A stretch of 64,000 nucleotides of DNA from Candidatus Poribacteria bacterium (GCA_965242965.1 OZ251518.1:4480001-4544000), one strand, 5' to 3'; shown: positions 1 to 10,277, counted from the first letter of the stretch. Notes: generated by a model not told the origin, from the sequence alone. A program made the numbers and translations.

Positions 1-1561
1 TTTCGCCCGCGAGAACCTTTTTTAGTCGTGCTGCCGTGACGGTTGCCACGTAGTCCATCTGTTCCACGAGAATCCATTGGCGGTTCATTTTGTGCGCAAC
101 CGCCGCCGTTGTGCCTGAACCTGCGAAAAAGTCTAGAATAATATCGCCGCTTTCTGTCAACCACTTGATAATCCGCATGAGAATCTCTTCGTTTTTTTCA
201 TGCGCAAACGGTGACTGACGGCCCGCAACGCTAATATCTGTCCAATTTTCGCTCAGCAACATCGTATCGGTTGCGGGAATGTAGTGCTCAGGGGTACCGT
301 TTTTGCTCAACCGAACCAATTCAAAATCGGCGTGATTCAAGATGCTATTTTCGCGGCGATACCGGTGATAAGCGTCGTCAATGTGCGCATCGGTGATGTC
401 CGCTTCGGCAATTCCTTGCGCCTGCAGATAGTCGATGAGCGTCCGATAGTTTTCAACGGCATCGTGTGTGCGCCGCTGCGCCCAACGCCACTGTCCTGTT
501 GCTGGCGTGATGCCGAAAAGTTCAAAGCGCATCGTCGGCCGGTCTGTGCCGCGCCAGTGGTTGTTCCACGAACTCGCACGGTTACCCTTCAATTTCTTAA
601 ACAGATTCGGGATTTTGATGTGACTCTCCTTGCTGTAAAAGAGAATCGTATCGTAGCCCGCGTTCAATTTATCGATGGCATCAAACTGCTTTTGAAGGCT
701 TTTTTGCCCTTTCTTCACGATAATTCCGTTCCGAAAGTTGGCGCGCCCAAACACCTCGTCGCAGAGACATTTGAGATAGGCTAACTCGCGATTGTCGATC
801 TGGATGAGGATAAACCCATCGGGACTCAGCAGTGCCTTTGCTACCTCCAACCGATTTTTCATGAAGGTGAGCCACGTGGAATGCGTAAAACTATCGTTAT
901 ACTGAAACGAGTCATTGTCTGTATTATACGGCGGATCGATGTAGACACACTTGACCTTGCCCCGGAACTGCAACTTCAAACTGTGCAATGCCAACAGATT
1001 ATTACCCTTAACGAGCAGGTTCTCCTGAATCGTGCCATCATCGGCGCGTTTGAGTGCAGCTACCGGCTGTTCGCCGGCGAGCGTGTGTCGCTGCCAATTC
1101 GTCATCACCTTCGGCGCGAGAAGTCGGTTAATCTCATCAGGCGCGAGGAGCTCGTTGAAGAATACCTCGGTGCGTTTTTCCTCTTCGCGCGTCTGGCCGC
1201 CTTCCAAGACGCAGTCCTTGTAGGGCCAGACGAGTGCGACTTCGCCGCGTTCCGGCAGAAACTTTTCGTCAATGTTCAACCCGATTTTATTGCGAAATCG
1301 GGTATATGCATTGGCGAGGAAGTTTTTATCGGAGAGATAGGTAATGAAGGCGTTATAGTTGAATACCCACCGCCCGTTAATTTCGTCAAAGAACTGTGCC
1401 TCAATCTCCTTGTCTGTCATTAACAGCGTGAGGAGGCCGGTGTCAAGTTGCCATGCGCAGTCTTTGATGGCGGCGGGGATGAGTTGGCCTGCGTTGTCAA
1501 CGAATCGCGCCTCTGTTTTGAGTAGGCGAATGAGTTTTTGGTTGAAGTTCTCTGTTGGCAT
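1..1561 (-). CDS. Type III restriction-modification DNA adenine methyltransferase (Mod subunit), 3' end runs off the window
   Basis: Manual translation: MPTENFNQKL..., catalytic VYIDPPYNT, SAM-binding ILDFFAGSGTT..AHKMNRQWI; GAAAGGA RBS upstream. Not in the ORF track because it is truncated. Confidence 0.85.
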   Translation of the reverse strand, partial: MPTENFNQKLIRLLKTEARFVDNAGQLIPAAIKDCAWQLDTGLLTLLMTDKEIEAQFFDEINGRWVFNYNAFITYLSDKNFLANAYTRFRNKIGLNIDEKFLPERGEVALVWPYKDCVLEGGQTREEEKRTEVFFNELLAPDEINRLLAPKVMTNWQRHTLAGEQPVAALKRADDGTIQENLLVKGNNLLALHSLKLQFRGKVKCVYIDPPYNTDNDSFQYNDSFTHSTWLTFMKNRLEVAKALLSPDGFILIQIDNRELAYLKCLCDEVFGRANFRNGIIVKKGQKSLQKQFDAIDKLNAGYDTILFYSKESHIKIPNLFKKLKGNRASSWNNHWRGTDRPTMRFELFGITPATGQWRWAQRRTHDAVENYRTLIDYLQAQGIAEADITDAHIDDAYHRYRRENSILNHADFELVRLSKNGTPEHYIPATDTMLLSENWTDISVAGRQSPFAHEKNEEILMRIIKWLTESGDIILDFFAGSGTTAAVAHKMNRQWILVEQMDYVATVTAARLKKVLAGE

Positions 1562-1593
1562 CGGTGGTTTCCTTTCGGCGTTTGCTATCAAGT

Positions 1594-1778
1594 GAGAGTG
1601 TTTCATATCTCGTTGTTGTCAAAATGGTTTCGTGATACCCCGAACGCTTGCGTTTCCCCTGTAGGAGAGACCTCCTGGTCTCGATGTTCCCGTAGCGCGG
1701 AGGACAGGCCCCCGCGCTACGGGGCAATCGAGACCCGAGGGCTCTCCTACCGAACACATCGAGATATGAAACACCCTC
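1594..1778. mobile_element. MITE-like element bounded by inverted repeats GAG(A/G)GTGTTTCATATCTCG, enclosing GTAG-REPs
   Basis: gagagtgtttcatatctcg at 1594 and cgagatatgaaacaccctc ending at 1778; REP palindromes inside. Confidence 0.65.
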
Positions 1779-1786
1779 ATATTACC

Positions 1787-2566
1787 TCACAGCCGAATAT
1801 CTATCTCAAATAGCTGCCAATGGACAATTTTCCAATCCGATTGTTCCCGTCGAAAATCGAATTGGCAGCGAGCCTCAATCTCGCGCAAATCGCGTTGTTC
1901 CCCTTTCTCTGCTGTCACGTCAAGCGACAGAACGACCGAGGCTTTCCGCGCGTGCGTCACGTCCGCCTGAACGTTTTTAAAGAGGAATTCCAGCGAAACG
2001 TATTCTTCAAAGAGTTGCGTTATCGCCGGGACAACGTCGTCATAATTTTCGGGGATAATGCCGGAAAGCACGCCGAAAAGCGTCGCCTCGTCATCGGCGG
2101 CGACGTAGGTTTCCGAGAAGAGTGCCTCGATATCCTCCAAGTTTTCGATGTCTAGCGATTCCAGCAGCGCAGAAAAAGCATCCAGAAATTCTTGGAGTTC
2201 CTCTGTTGTGTCGCGAAGCGGCATTAATTCAACGTTCAGCACTAAGCGTTCCTGTCCGAGCGCGAAGAACTGCTGATAGGGTTGGTAATCCGCGTCTTCC
2301 ACGATGAGGGTATAGGCATCGGCGTAAGGCATGCCTTGGAACGTGTAAACGCCGTCGATGCCGGTTTCCATGGACTGCTCTAGCAATGTGACGACTGCGC
2401 CGGGAATCGGGTTGTCAGTGCCTCCGTGTGTGATGGTGCCGGAGACGGTACCGTATTCAATGACAATCGGCGTGGCGGGTTGTTCCGCGGGCTCTTCTTC
2501 GTCTGCACCGCCGCATGCGAACAGGCATAAGAGTAAGAGGAGGGTAATGTTTTTGTGGCGTATCAT
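1787..2566 (-). CDS. Putative lipoprotein, carboxypeptidase-regulatory-like domain plus NTF2-like C-terminus
   Basis: Lipobox LFAC; GTVSGTIT..PIPGAVV..TGIDGVYTF; C-terminal ..DWKIVHW. Confidence 0.7.
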   Translation of the reverse strand: MIRHKNITLLLLLCLFACGGADEEEPAEQPATPIVIEYGTVSGTITHGGTDNPIPGAVVTLLEQSMETGIDGVYTFQGMPYADAYTLIVEDADYQPYQQFFALGQERLVLNVELMPLRDTTEELQEFLDAFSALLESLDIENLEDIEALFSETYVAADDEATLFGVLSGIIPENYDDVVPAITQLFEEYVSLEFLFKNVQADVTHARKASVVLSLDVTAEKGEQRDLREIEARCQFDFRREQSDWKIVHWQLFEIDIRL

Positions 2567-2699
2567 GAGGGGATTTCCTTTCGTCTGCGTCTTGGATTTG
2601 TAGGACTAACAGGTAATACGGACGCAGCACGAACCCGGTGTGCGCGGTTGCAAACCGCGCACACCGGTGACGAGTGATAGCATTCGCGGCCATATTGAA

Positions 2700-3596
2700 C
2701 TACTTCTTCACTTGCGCTTTTATGCGGCCGAAGATAAATTCGCAGGCACTATACTTTTTTCGGTTGTCAATATAACAACTGAGTTTGCGCAAATCCCTAC
2801 CGTCGATAATCCAATTCTTATCTAAATCCATTCCTCGGATCCTGTCGATAGAATCGCGCGGTTCCCAAGTAGCAAAAGCACGGTTGAGATACGCGCCATA
2901 GTTGTCAATGAGAAGCCGTAGATCGTTATTATCTACTCTCCCATTGTAGTCAACATCCCCATTAGAACGTTGATTCACTAACCGCGTGTTGAATACACGA
3001 ATCGAATTTGGCTCGGGGGACAAGTTAGGTTCGTAATAAAACTTGTCGGCACCGTTATCATAAAAAAGTTGAACTCTCACAAATTCAACCTTCGGATTCA
3101 CGCCAGGGGTCAGGATGCGGATGTTCCTGAACTTTAGCCTGACCAATGTCCCAGAAGGTCTTCGGTGAAAATTCCCTTTATCGAGATAAACGGTATCTAA
3201 TCCGTGCGTATGAATCAGGCGTTCCTGAAACCATACGCGATCGCGACGATTAAGGCCCGCCGTGAGATTTTTCTCATAAACTGCTGCTGAGAAAAAACCC
3301 TCACGAGGAATTGGCGCGACAGCCTCATCGAATATCAAGACTTGCGGCGAGTATCGGAAATCGATTTGAAAACCGACTATCCTTCTTCGTTCCACATCCT
3401 GATACGCATTGAGGATTTTGACGTTAATGAAGAATTCCTGAAACGATTTCTGCGGCATCACCGTTTGATAGTCCTCAAAGTAAACTACCGGGTCAGTGTG
3501 CTCCAGGACCCGGGGGTATTGTGCGTTAGACACACTCGCCAGAGTCATCACAAATAAAATGACTAAGGCAATCAAACCTGGTTGATAGAATTTCAT
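2700..3596 (-). CDS. Secreted protein with cohesin-like and dockerin/EF-hand-like domains
   Basis: Signal peptide MKFYQPGLIAL.. (AAGGTGG RBS); GFQIDFRYSPQVL..SGTLVRLKF; two Ca-loop motifs GDVDYNGRVDNNDL and DLDKNWIIDGRDL. Confidence 0.65.
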   Translation of the reverse strand: MKFYQPGLIALVILFVMTLASVSNAQYPRVLEHTDPVVYFEDYQTVMPQKSFQEFFINVKILNAYQDVERRRIVGFQIDFRYSPQVLIFDEAVAPIPREGFFSAAVYEKNLTAGLNRRDRVWFQERLIHTHGLDTVYLDKGNFHRRPSGTLVRLKFRNIRILTPGVNPKVEFVRVQLFYDNGADKFYYEPNLSPEPNSIRVFNTRLVNQRSNGDVDYNGRVDNNDLRLLIDNYGAYLNRAFATWEPRDSIDRIRGMDLDKNWIIDGRDLRKLSCYIDNRKKYSACEFIFGRIKAQVKK

Positions 3597-3878
3597 GCTA
3601 ACCACCTTTATGTTAGAGTCTGTGCCGACCGGGATGAGCCCGTGACGACACCTATTAATTTTTTCCGTTGCACTGCATGCTTGCAGATACCGCAATGCTT
3701 GACGGTGAATACACCTCAGCGTCGCAACAGTTCGCAAACTCGCCGGTGTTTTTTGAGTTGCGTGCTTCAACGCAAGTGAACGCAGCGCGCTTAATCATGA
3801 ACAGCAGTATTAGGATACCACAAAACGCCAAAAATGGGAAATAAAAAACGTTCGCGTAGCATTTTGTGGAACAACAGA

Positions 3879-3907
3879 ATGATACCACGTAAAAATCCTT
3901 TTGTCAA
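3879..3907 (-). promoter_or_regulatory. Sigma70-type promoter for the cohesin/dockerin gene
   Basis: TTGACA-17 bp-TATCAT with extended TG. Confidence 0.65.
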
Positions 3908-3926
3908 GGAAAATGCAGTTTTTAAT

Positions 3927-4470
3927 GAGGGTGTTTCATATTTTGATGCGTTCGGTAGGAGAGACCTCGGGGCTCGATGTTCCCGTAGTGCGGGGGGGGG
4001 CTCGGAGGTTTCCATACGCGCATCCGAGCGGGTTTCCCCAGCGATGGCTCAAGAACCGTTTTTTATCGTAGCGCGGGGGCCTGTCCCCCGTGGTGGCTCA
4101 AGTTTTTATCGTAGCGCGGGGGCCCTCGGATGCCATACGCGCATCCGAGCGGGTTTCCCCCGCGATCTCCATCGTGACGATGTGTGTTTCCACCTCTGTA
4201 GTTCGTGCTCGCCTGATCACAAATAGGTCAGGATCGGGCGATCCTGCCCTACAGGGGTGAAGAGGTCTGGTTGCAAAACGATCGCGAGGGACAGGCTCTC
4301 GCGCTACGGGCCGTGAGCGGTTATCTGAAAGAGAAAGGACAGGCCCTCGCACTTCGGGACGCGATCTCGGGATGAGAACGATTGTTGTCTCAACCGGGCG
4401 ATCGCGAGGGACAGGCCCTCGCGCTACGGGGCACGAGGCGGTTATCCGAACTACGGAATGCAAGGCGGTT
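3927..4470. repeat. Intergenic cluster: TIR end plus several GTAG-REP families
   Basis: gagggtgtttcata, gtaggagagacctc, gtagcgcgggggcctgtcccccg, and a ctgtag..ctacag dimer at 4196-4253. Confidence 0.85.
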
Positions 4471-4557
4471 ATCCGAAAGAGAAACGATTTTCCTTGACTT
4501 TGCAAAGGAGATGTGCTAACCTATTCTCCATAAATTATCATTACAAAGGTGCAGTGA

Positions 4558-5598
4558 ATGGAACAATGGATTGAACAATTGGTGACTGGATTAGCCAGCC
4601 CGTTCCTTTTCCTTATTATCGTCGTGACGCTTTACACGCTCGGAAAAGGCGCGGATTGGCTCGTTGATGAAGCAGTGGTGCTCTCCTCGCGCTGGGGCAT
4701 GGGGAAAGCTGTCATCGGCGCGACGATTGTTAGCATAGGGACGACAACACCGGAAGCCGCTGTCTCCGTGCTTTCCGCAATTCAGGGGAAACCGGGGCTA
4801 GCACTCGGAAACGCAGTAGGCTCAATTATTTGTGATACGGGGCTCATCCTCGGACTCGCATCGCTCATCGCGCCGCTGCAATTTAATAGACAGTTGGCTT
4901 CAAAACTATCGAACGTGCAGGTAGGTGCAGGGATTCTGTTGGTGGTAGGATGTTTCCCGTGGACATCGCCGGCGAAAGTTTTTAGTCAAGGCGGAACGCT
5001 GCCGCAACTCATCGGCTTTGTCTTTATCGTTTTGCTAGGGCTCTATGTTTGGCAGTCTATCCGCTGGGCAGCCTCAATAACCGATGAACCGAGTGAAAAT
5101 GGGGATGAACCAGAGGACGCATCCGCGAATTCCCTCGCCATCCTAGCGAAACTCATCGGCTCAATTGTGATTATCGTCATCTCGGCGCAAATTCTAATTC
5201 CGAGTGTGAGCGTTATCGCGCAAAGAATCGGGGTCCCGAAGCATATTATTTCCGCGACGCTGGTGGCGTTCGGCACATCGCTACCGGAACTCGTCACGGC
5301 GGTTACGGCGGTGCGGCGCGGGCACGGCGAACTCGCTGTCGGAAACATCATCGGCGCGGATATCCTGAACGTTCTCTTCGTCGCCGGTGTCTCTGCAGCA
5401 GCAACCCCAGGCGGTTTGCAGGCAGACGGACAGTTTTTCCAATTTCTCTTCCCGGCGATGCTGTTCATTCTCATCGTCTTCCGGTGCGGGATTTTCGTTT
5501 CGGGAAATCAGTTGAAACGTCCGTTCGGGATAGTGCTAGTCGGAACGTGGTTAGCCGTGACGATTCTGAGCTATATTTTGTCTATTGAGATGCATTAG
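4558..5598 (+). CDS. Ca2+/Na+ antiporter (CaCA, YrbG-like)
   Basis: Two alpha repeats GTTTPE..GNAVGS and GTSLPE..GNIIGA; many TM segments. Confidence 0.9.
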   Translation: MEQWIEQLVTGLASPFLFLIIVVTLYTLGKGADWLVDEAVVLSSRWGMGKAVIGATIVSIGTTTPEAAVSVLSAIQGKPGLALGNAVGSIICDTGLILGLASLIAPLQFNRQLASKLSNVQVGAGILLVVGCFPWTSPAKVFSQGGTLPQLIGFVFIVLLGLYVWQSIRWAASITDEPSENGDEPEDASANSLAILAKLIGSIVIIVISAQILIPSVSVIAQRIGVPKHIISATLVAFGTSLPELVTAVTAVRRGHGELAVGNIIGADILNVLFVAGVSAAATPGGLQADGQFFQFLFPAMLFILIVFRCGIFVSGNQLKRPFGIVLVGTWLAVTILSYILSIEMH

Positions 5599-5635
5599 TC
5601 AAAATTTTGACAAATTTGCGCGATTTTGCTATAGT
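5598..5635 (+). promoter_or_regulatory. Sigma70 promoter with a palindrome overlapping the -35
   Basis: TTGACA 5607-5612, 17 bp, TGcTATAGT; perfect palindrome GTCAAAATTTTGAC at 5598-5611. Confidence 0.65.
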
Positions 5636-5791
5636 GCATCTCACACGCAAACGTGGACTCTTTTCCGAATCTTTTAGACGGCGTTTCAATTATACACGTG
5701 GCATCTGTAGGGCAAATGAGTTTGACTCGTCAAGCTCAGCGTCCTGAAGACAGATTTGGTAGGATACGCTACAATGTTTGAGGAGGAAAAA

Positions 5792-6949
5792 ATGGATAAG
5801 AATCAGATACCGGCGGCGGAGACGCAGTATTATCGCGCCACCGCTTTTGCTGACGCTAAACCGGAACATGCAGCTCCCGGTGCTACGCCTGAACGGCTGG
5901 CACACCTGAAGGAGCACGGGTTTGTTATCATCAACGATTTTGTCAATAACCCTTGGATTCCGATTCTCCGAGATGCGGGCCGGCGGGTAACCGAGGCGTG
6001 CGCACCGGAGAACGGCTATAGCCAGATCGATTGCTCGAAAGGTTACGTCCACCGCACAGGCGGCGATGAACCGTGGGCGATTCGGGGGATTATCCATCCT
6101 GATTTCAAAGAACCGTGTTTCGCTGAATTCCACGGATGCCCCGATTTCCTCAACTTCGTCAGTTCGTGGTGCCATGGGCTCCAGCCGGAAGAACTCTCGC
6201 TGAGCGGCATGCTCTTGTGGTGCAACCCGCGGCATCGCGAGAATAAACTGGGCTGGCACCGAGACGTGACGTGGTGGGGGACCGGGAAGAGCTATTTCGC
6301 GCAACGCGAAGTCCGAGGCGAGGGACCCGAGGCGTATTCCGAGGAGGTCGAACGCATCCGCTGGAAGGAAATCCGAGAACGGAACGCGCAGTCGCTCACC
6401 GAACGAAACGGCGTGAGCATGTTTTTGGCATTAACCGATGACGAATGCCACGAACTCGTGCCGGGCAGCCACAATCGATGGCGCACACCGTTTGAGCACG
6501 ATGTGCTACTGCCAAAATCCATGAAGGACCAGGGGGTACCGCATACACCCAGTTGGGACGGCGAAGAACCGCTGCCGGGCCAGGTCGCGATTCGGCTCAA
6601 GGCAGGCGAGGCACTCATCCGCAACGGCGCAACTATCCACACCGGGCACACCGTGCCAAACCGGGAACGGAACACGCTCTCCATCGGCTGGTCCAAGTGG
6701 AAAGGCGAATCGGATGAGGAACCGTCTGTTGCGGATGTCCGGCACGCGTGGCAACTCGATCCTGCCGTGCGCGAGGCACTCCCTTATGACTGGATGCAGA
6801 TAGCGTGGGACCGCTGGGCGGCAACCCAGAAACTCGGCGATACGCTGGAAGACCGGTATACCGGGTTTGACATCAAGCACATCAAGGAGGGACAGGTGCT
6901 TGGTTGGCGCGGTGAGTTGGAGCGGCAAGCTGCTGCTAATGAGCTGTAG
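5792..6949 (+). CDS. Phytanoyl-CoA dioxygenase (PhyH) family Fe/2OG oxygenase
   Basis: GWHRD, LVPGSH, distal HTGH; GAGGAGG RBS before ATG 5792. Confidence 0.8.
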   Translation: MDKNQIPAAETQYYRATAFADAKPEHAAPGATPERLAHLKEHGFVIINDFVNNPWIPILRDAGRRVTEACAPENGYSQIDCSKGYVHRTGGDEPWAIRGIIHPDFKEPCFAEFHGCPDFLNFVSSWCHGLQPEELSLSGMLLWCNPRHRENKLGWHRDVTWWGTGKSYFAQREVRGEGPEAYSEEVERIRWKEIRERNAQSLTERNGVSMFLALTDDECHELVPGSHNRWRTPFEHDVLLPKSMKDQGVPHTPSWDGEEPLPGQVAIRLKAGEALIRNGATIHTGHTVPNRERNTLSIGWSKWKGESDEEPSVADVRHAWQLDPAVREALPYDWMQIAWDRWAATQKLGDTLEDRYTGFDIKHIKEGQVLGWRGELERQAAANEL

Positions 6950-7410
6950 GGCGAGGGCCTGTCCCTCGCCATGCTGTTCGTTAAATCGTAGGGCGAGGGC
7001 CTGTCCCTCGCCATGCCATCTGTTAAACCGTAGGGCGAGGGCCTGTCCCTCGCCATGCCATCTGTCAAACCGTAGCGCGGGGGCCTGTCCCCCGCGATCT
7101 CCATCGTCAAAAGGTGGCGTTTTAGGTCCTTTAGGACCTAAGAACCGTTTTTTCATCGTAGCGCGGGGGCCTGTCCCCCGCGAGCGTTGGATTGCGCGTG
7201 CACACATGATCGCGAGGGACAGGCCCTCGCGCTACAGGCCGCGGGGCGCGCTTGATTCATCGAGAGATCGCGAGGGACAGGCCCTCGCGCTACAGGCCGC
7301 GGGGCGCGCTTGATTCATCGAGAGATCGCGAGGGACAGGCCCTCGCGCTACAGGCCGCGGGATGGGCTTGATTCATCGGGCCTCGCCTTACGGGCCGCGG
7401 GGCGCGCTTG
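6946..7410. repeat. Tandem REP arrays (43-bp and 59-bp periods)
   Basis: gtagggcgagggcctgtccctcgccatgc x3; gatcgcgagggacaggccctcgcgctacaggccgcggg x3. Confidence 0.9.
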
Positions 7411-7411
7411 A

Positions 7412-8398
7412 TTAAAATGGCTCCGGCACTAACCGCACGAACGGCAATGACACCCTATCCAACGCTTCCCGAATTGCCGCGTCAAGTTCCCAACCGATGC
7501 CGCCGAGGGTATCGTCAAGCTGCGCGATGGTATCGCTGCCACTGATGGCAACGGTGACTTCAGGATGCGACAATACCCACGCCACGGCGAGTTGCGCCGG
7601 CGTTTTACCGAGTTCACTCGCGAACTGCTTCAGCGTAGAGATAACCTGTCCGGTCGCGCCGCTCATCCGCCGGTCGAATTCGTCGCGGTAGCGTGTCGCC
7701 CACAGCGTCCCCTCCGGCGGCGGTTCATCGGACGAATAGACACCGCTCAGTAAACCGACAGCGAGCGGACTATAAGCCATCACGCCTAACCCTTCCGCCT
7801 GCACTAAACCGAACATGTCGCTCTCCAGATCGCGATTCAGCAGATTATACATATTTTGAACGCACATATAGGATGCAGCGTGGCTCTTGTCGGAAATCCA
7901 GAGTGCCTTGCAGACCTGCCACGCTTGATGATTGCAACACCCGATATAGCGGACCTTGCCCGAACGCACCAGATCATCGAGCGCACGGATGGTTTCCTCC
8001 TGCGGTGTCCCGGCATCAAACGCATGGATGAGGTAAACGTCGATATAGTCTGTCTTGAGCCGCGCCAGGGAACGTTCTACCTCACGCAGAATGTGGTAAC
8101 GTGATAACCCGGCATCATTCGGGCCAGGGCCGATGTTGCTGAAAACTTTGGAGGTAATCACCACATCGTCCCGTTTGCCTCGGATGGCTTTGCCGAGGAT
8201 GACTTCTGAACGTCCGATGTTGGCTCTGTCGTCCATCGGTCCGTAGATATTAGCGCAATCAATGAGGTTGATGCCAGACTCAATAGCATGTTCAATGAGG
8301 CGTTGCGCAGCGCGTTCATCGCCTTGTCCTCTAAAACCCAATCCTAATGCGAGTGGACTGACTTTGAGTCCTGCTTTTCCGAAATTGATGTAGTCCAT
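7412..8398 (-). CDS. Aldo/keto reductase
   Basis: GLKVSPLALG, IDCANIYG, SLARLKTDYIDVYLIH, SGKVRYIG, YSPLAVGLL. Confidence 0.9.
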   Translation of the reverse strand: MDYINFGKAGLKVSPLALGLGFRGQGDERAAQRLIEHAIESGINLIDCANIYGPMDDRANIGRSEVILGKAIRGKRDDVVITSKVFSNIGPGPNDAGLSRYHILREVERSLARLKTDYIDVYLIHAFDAGTPQEETIRALDDLVRSGKVRYIGCCNHQAWQVCKALWISDKSHAASYMCVQNMYNLLNRDLESDMFGLVQAEGLGVMAYSPLAVGLLSGVYSSDEPPPEGTLWATRYRDEFDRRMSGATGQVISTLKQFASELGKTPAQLAVAWVLSHPEVTVAISGSDTIAQLDDTLGGIGWELDAAIREALDRVSLPFVRLVPEPF

Positions 8399-8416
8399 GA
8401 TGTTGTTCCTATCCCT

Positions 8417-8833
8417 AGTAGGAGAGACCGCCCGGTCTTGATGCAATAGCGGTAGGCGAGACCTCCTGGTCTCGATGGTTTTTCATATCGGGACAAGGAT
8501 GTCCCTCCTACCTAAAACGAAGCACACCCGTAGGAGAGACCTCCTGGTCTTGACAGTAGGAGAGACCTCCCGGTCTCGACAGCATTGCGCGGGACAGGCC
8601 CGCGCACTACGATTTAATGGCCGGCATTGCGCGGGACAGGCCCGCGCACTACGGGTTAACGGATGGCATTGCGCGGGACAGGCCCGCGCACTACGATTTA
8701 ATGGCCGGCATTGCGCGGGACAGGCCCGCGCACTACGGTTATATCGGTGCTTGGCGCGGGACAGGCCCGCGCACTACGCGCGCCATGCGTATCAAACGCG
8801 AACGGATAGAATTGGCATGAAAACCGCGCCTAC
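8417..8833. repeat. REP cluster including a tandem of gcattgcgcgggacaggcccgcgcactacg (about 5 copies)
   Basis: Direct inspection; also GTAGGAGAGACC and GGGACAAGGATGTCCC palindromes. Confidence 0.9.
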
Positions 8834-9807
8834 GACATCGCGTTGCAAACCTCCTGAATCACCTCATCCGTGCGGATGCCCTCGCCTTCACCTTCAAAGT
8901 TGAGGAGGATACGGTGCCGTAGCGCGGGCAGCAGCACGGCATCTACGTCCTCAAACGCGACGTTGTAGCGTTCGTCTAGCAGTGCCTTGATTTTCGCCGT
9001 TAAGGCGATCGCCTGCACACATCGGATGCCCGCGCCGAGGTGGACATAACGTTTGACGATATCCGGTGCATCCTCGGCATCGGGGTGCGTCATGCGGACA
9101 ATGCGGATGATGTGGCGTTCAACATGTTCCGCAATGAGGACCTGGCGCACGAGTCGGCGCATCTCATTGAGCGTCTCGGCATTCGTCACTTTCTCAACCT
9201 GAATCTCAACATCGGAGGTGGTGCGGCGCAAGATTTGAACGATTTCGTCCTCACTCGGAAATTCGACGAGCAGTTTGAAGAGAAACCGATCCAACTGCGC
9301 TTCCGGGAGCGGATAGGTGCCCTCCATTTCAAGCGGATTTTGTGTGGCAAGCACACAGAAAGGTTCTTGCAGTCGATGGCTCGCGCGTCCGACGGTGACG
9401 GTGCGTTCCTGCATCGCTTCAAGGAGCGCGGATTGCGTGCGCGGTGTCGCGCGGTTAATCTCATCGGCGAGGATGAGCTGCGAGAAAACAGGGCCCTCTT
9501 GGAATTCAAACTGCCTTCTGCCGTGTTCATCCTCAACGAGCAGTGTTGTGCCAGTGATGTCCGAGGGCATCATATCCGGCGTGAATTGGATGCGCTTGAA
9601 ACCCAGGTCCAGCGTTTCGCTGAGCGTAGAGATGAGTTGCGTTTTGCCTAAGCCGGGGATGCCTTCAAGCAAAGCGTGCCCATTGGCGAGGAGGCAGAGC
9701 AGGATGCCTTCAATAATCGCGTCTTGCCCGACGATACGCTTTTGCACCTCGGTCTTGACGTTATTGAAGGTCTCGCGGAAGATGAAGATTTGGGCTTCTA
9801 AATCCAT
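8830..9807 (-). CDS. MoxR family AAA+ ATPase
   Basis: GHALLEGIPGLGKT, RIQFTPDMMPSD, LADEINRATPRTQSALLEAMQE, TYPLPEAQLDRF. Confidence 0.93.
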   Translation of the reverse strand: MDLEAQIFIFRETFNNVKTEVQKRIVGQDAIIEGILLCLLANGHALLEGIPGLGKTQLISTLSETLDLGFKRIQFTPDMMPSDITGTTLLVEDEHGRRQFEFQEGPVFSQLILADEINRATPRTQSALLEAMQERTVTVGRASHRLQEPFCVLATQNPLEMEGTYPLPEAQLDRFLFKLLVEFPSEDEIVQILRRTTSDVEIQVEKVTNAETLNEMRRLVRQVLIAEHVERHIIRIVRMTHPDAEDAPDIVKRYVHLGAGIRCVQAIALTAKIKALLDERYNVAFEDVDAVLLPALRHRILLNFEGEGEGIRTDEVIQEVCNAMS

Positions 9808-9866
9808 GTTTTTATATTCCCGCAAGGCGTTCAAACAGAGAGGAGACAAATTAACCGCATTTGGTA

Positions 9867-10277
9867 TTAGGCGGTTGGTTCCCGTTTGAGCGAGGCCAAT
9901 TCCTCTTGCAGTACGGCGAGTTGCTGTTGTTGTGCATCAATCAACCGTTGTTGCGATGCAATTTTTGCGTCTTGCGCCGCGTCACGTTCGCGTTGTGCCG
10001 CCTCTTTCTCATCCACACCGCGTTGATTTTGACGCTCGCGATAGAGAGGCAGCCCGATAACCGCTATAATCAAGGCGATTTGTCCACCTAAGAGCGCGAC
10101 AATCAAATTTCCCTGAAAATTGAAATGAGCCGTGAACTGTCCTGTCACCCGCGTTTCGGATTCCTTGACAATTTCGCGAATCTTGCCTAAATCCTCAACG
10201 CCCAGCTCCGAAAAAACGGGCGCGCTCAAAAGCATAATCCCCGCAACAACGAATCCGACGAACCAATGCTTGTTCAT
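9867..10277 (-). CDS. Hypothetical membrane protein (signal peptide, TM helix, coiled coil)
   Basis: AGGAG RBS; hydrophobic N-terminus, central TM, Q/E-rich tail. Confidence 0.7.
   Translation of the reverse strand: MNKHWFVGFVVAGIMLLSAPVFSELGVEDLGKIREIVKESETRVTGQFTAHFNFQGNLIVALLGGQIALIIAVIGLPLYRERQNQRGVDEKEAAQRERDAAQDAKIASQQRLIDAQQQQLAVLQEELASLKREPTA

Noticed and set aside
284-1423. Plus-strand ORFs of 166 and 180 aa
   Set aside because: Antisense shadows of the methyltransferase gene.
3991-4000. G9 tract as a phase-variation site
   Set aside because: It lies within a degenerate B-family REP, outside any gene or core promoter.
6946-7100. Regularly spaced ~29-bp repeats resembling a CRISPR array
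   Set aside because: Spacers are only about 14 bp and similar to each other, the repeat is a dispersed REP found in both orientations, and there are no cas genes.
8580-8780. Five-unit tandem repeat as CRISPR
   Set aside because: Short spacers, two of them identical; it is a REP-variant tandem.
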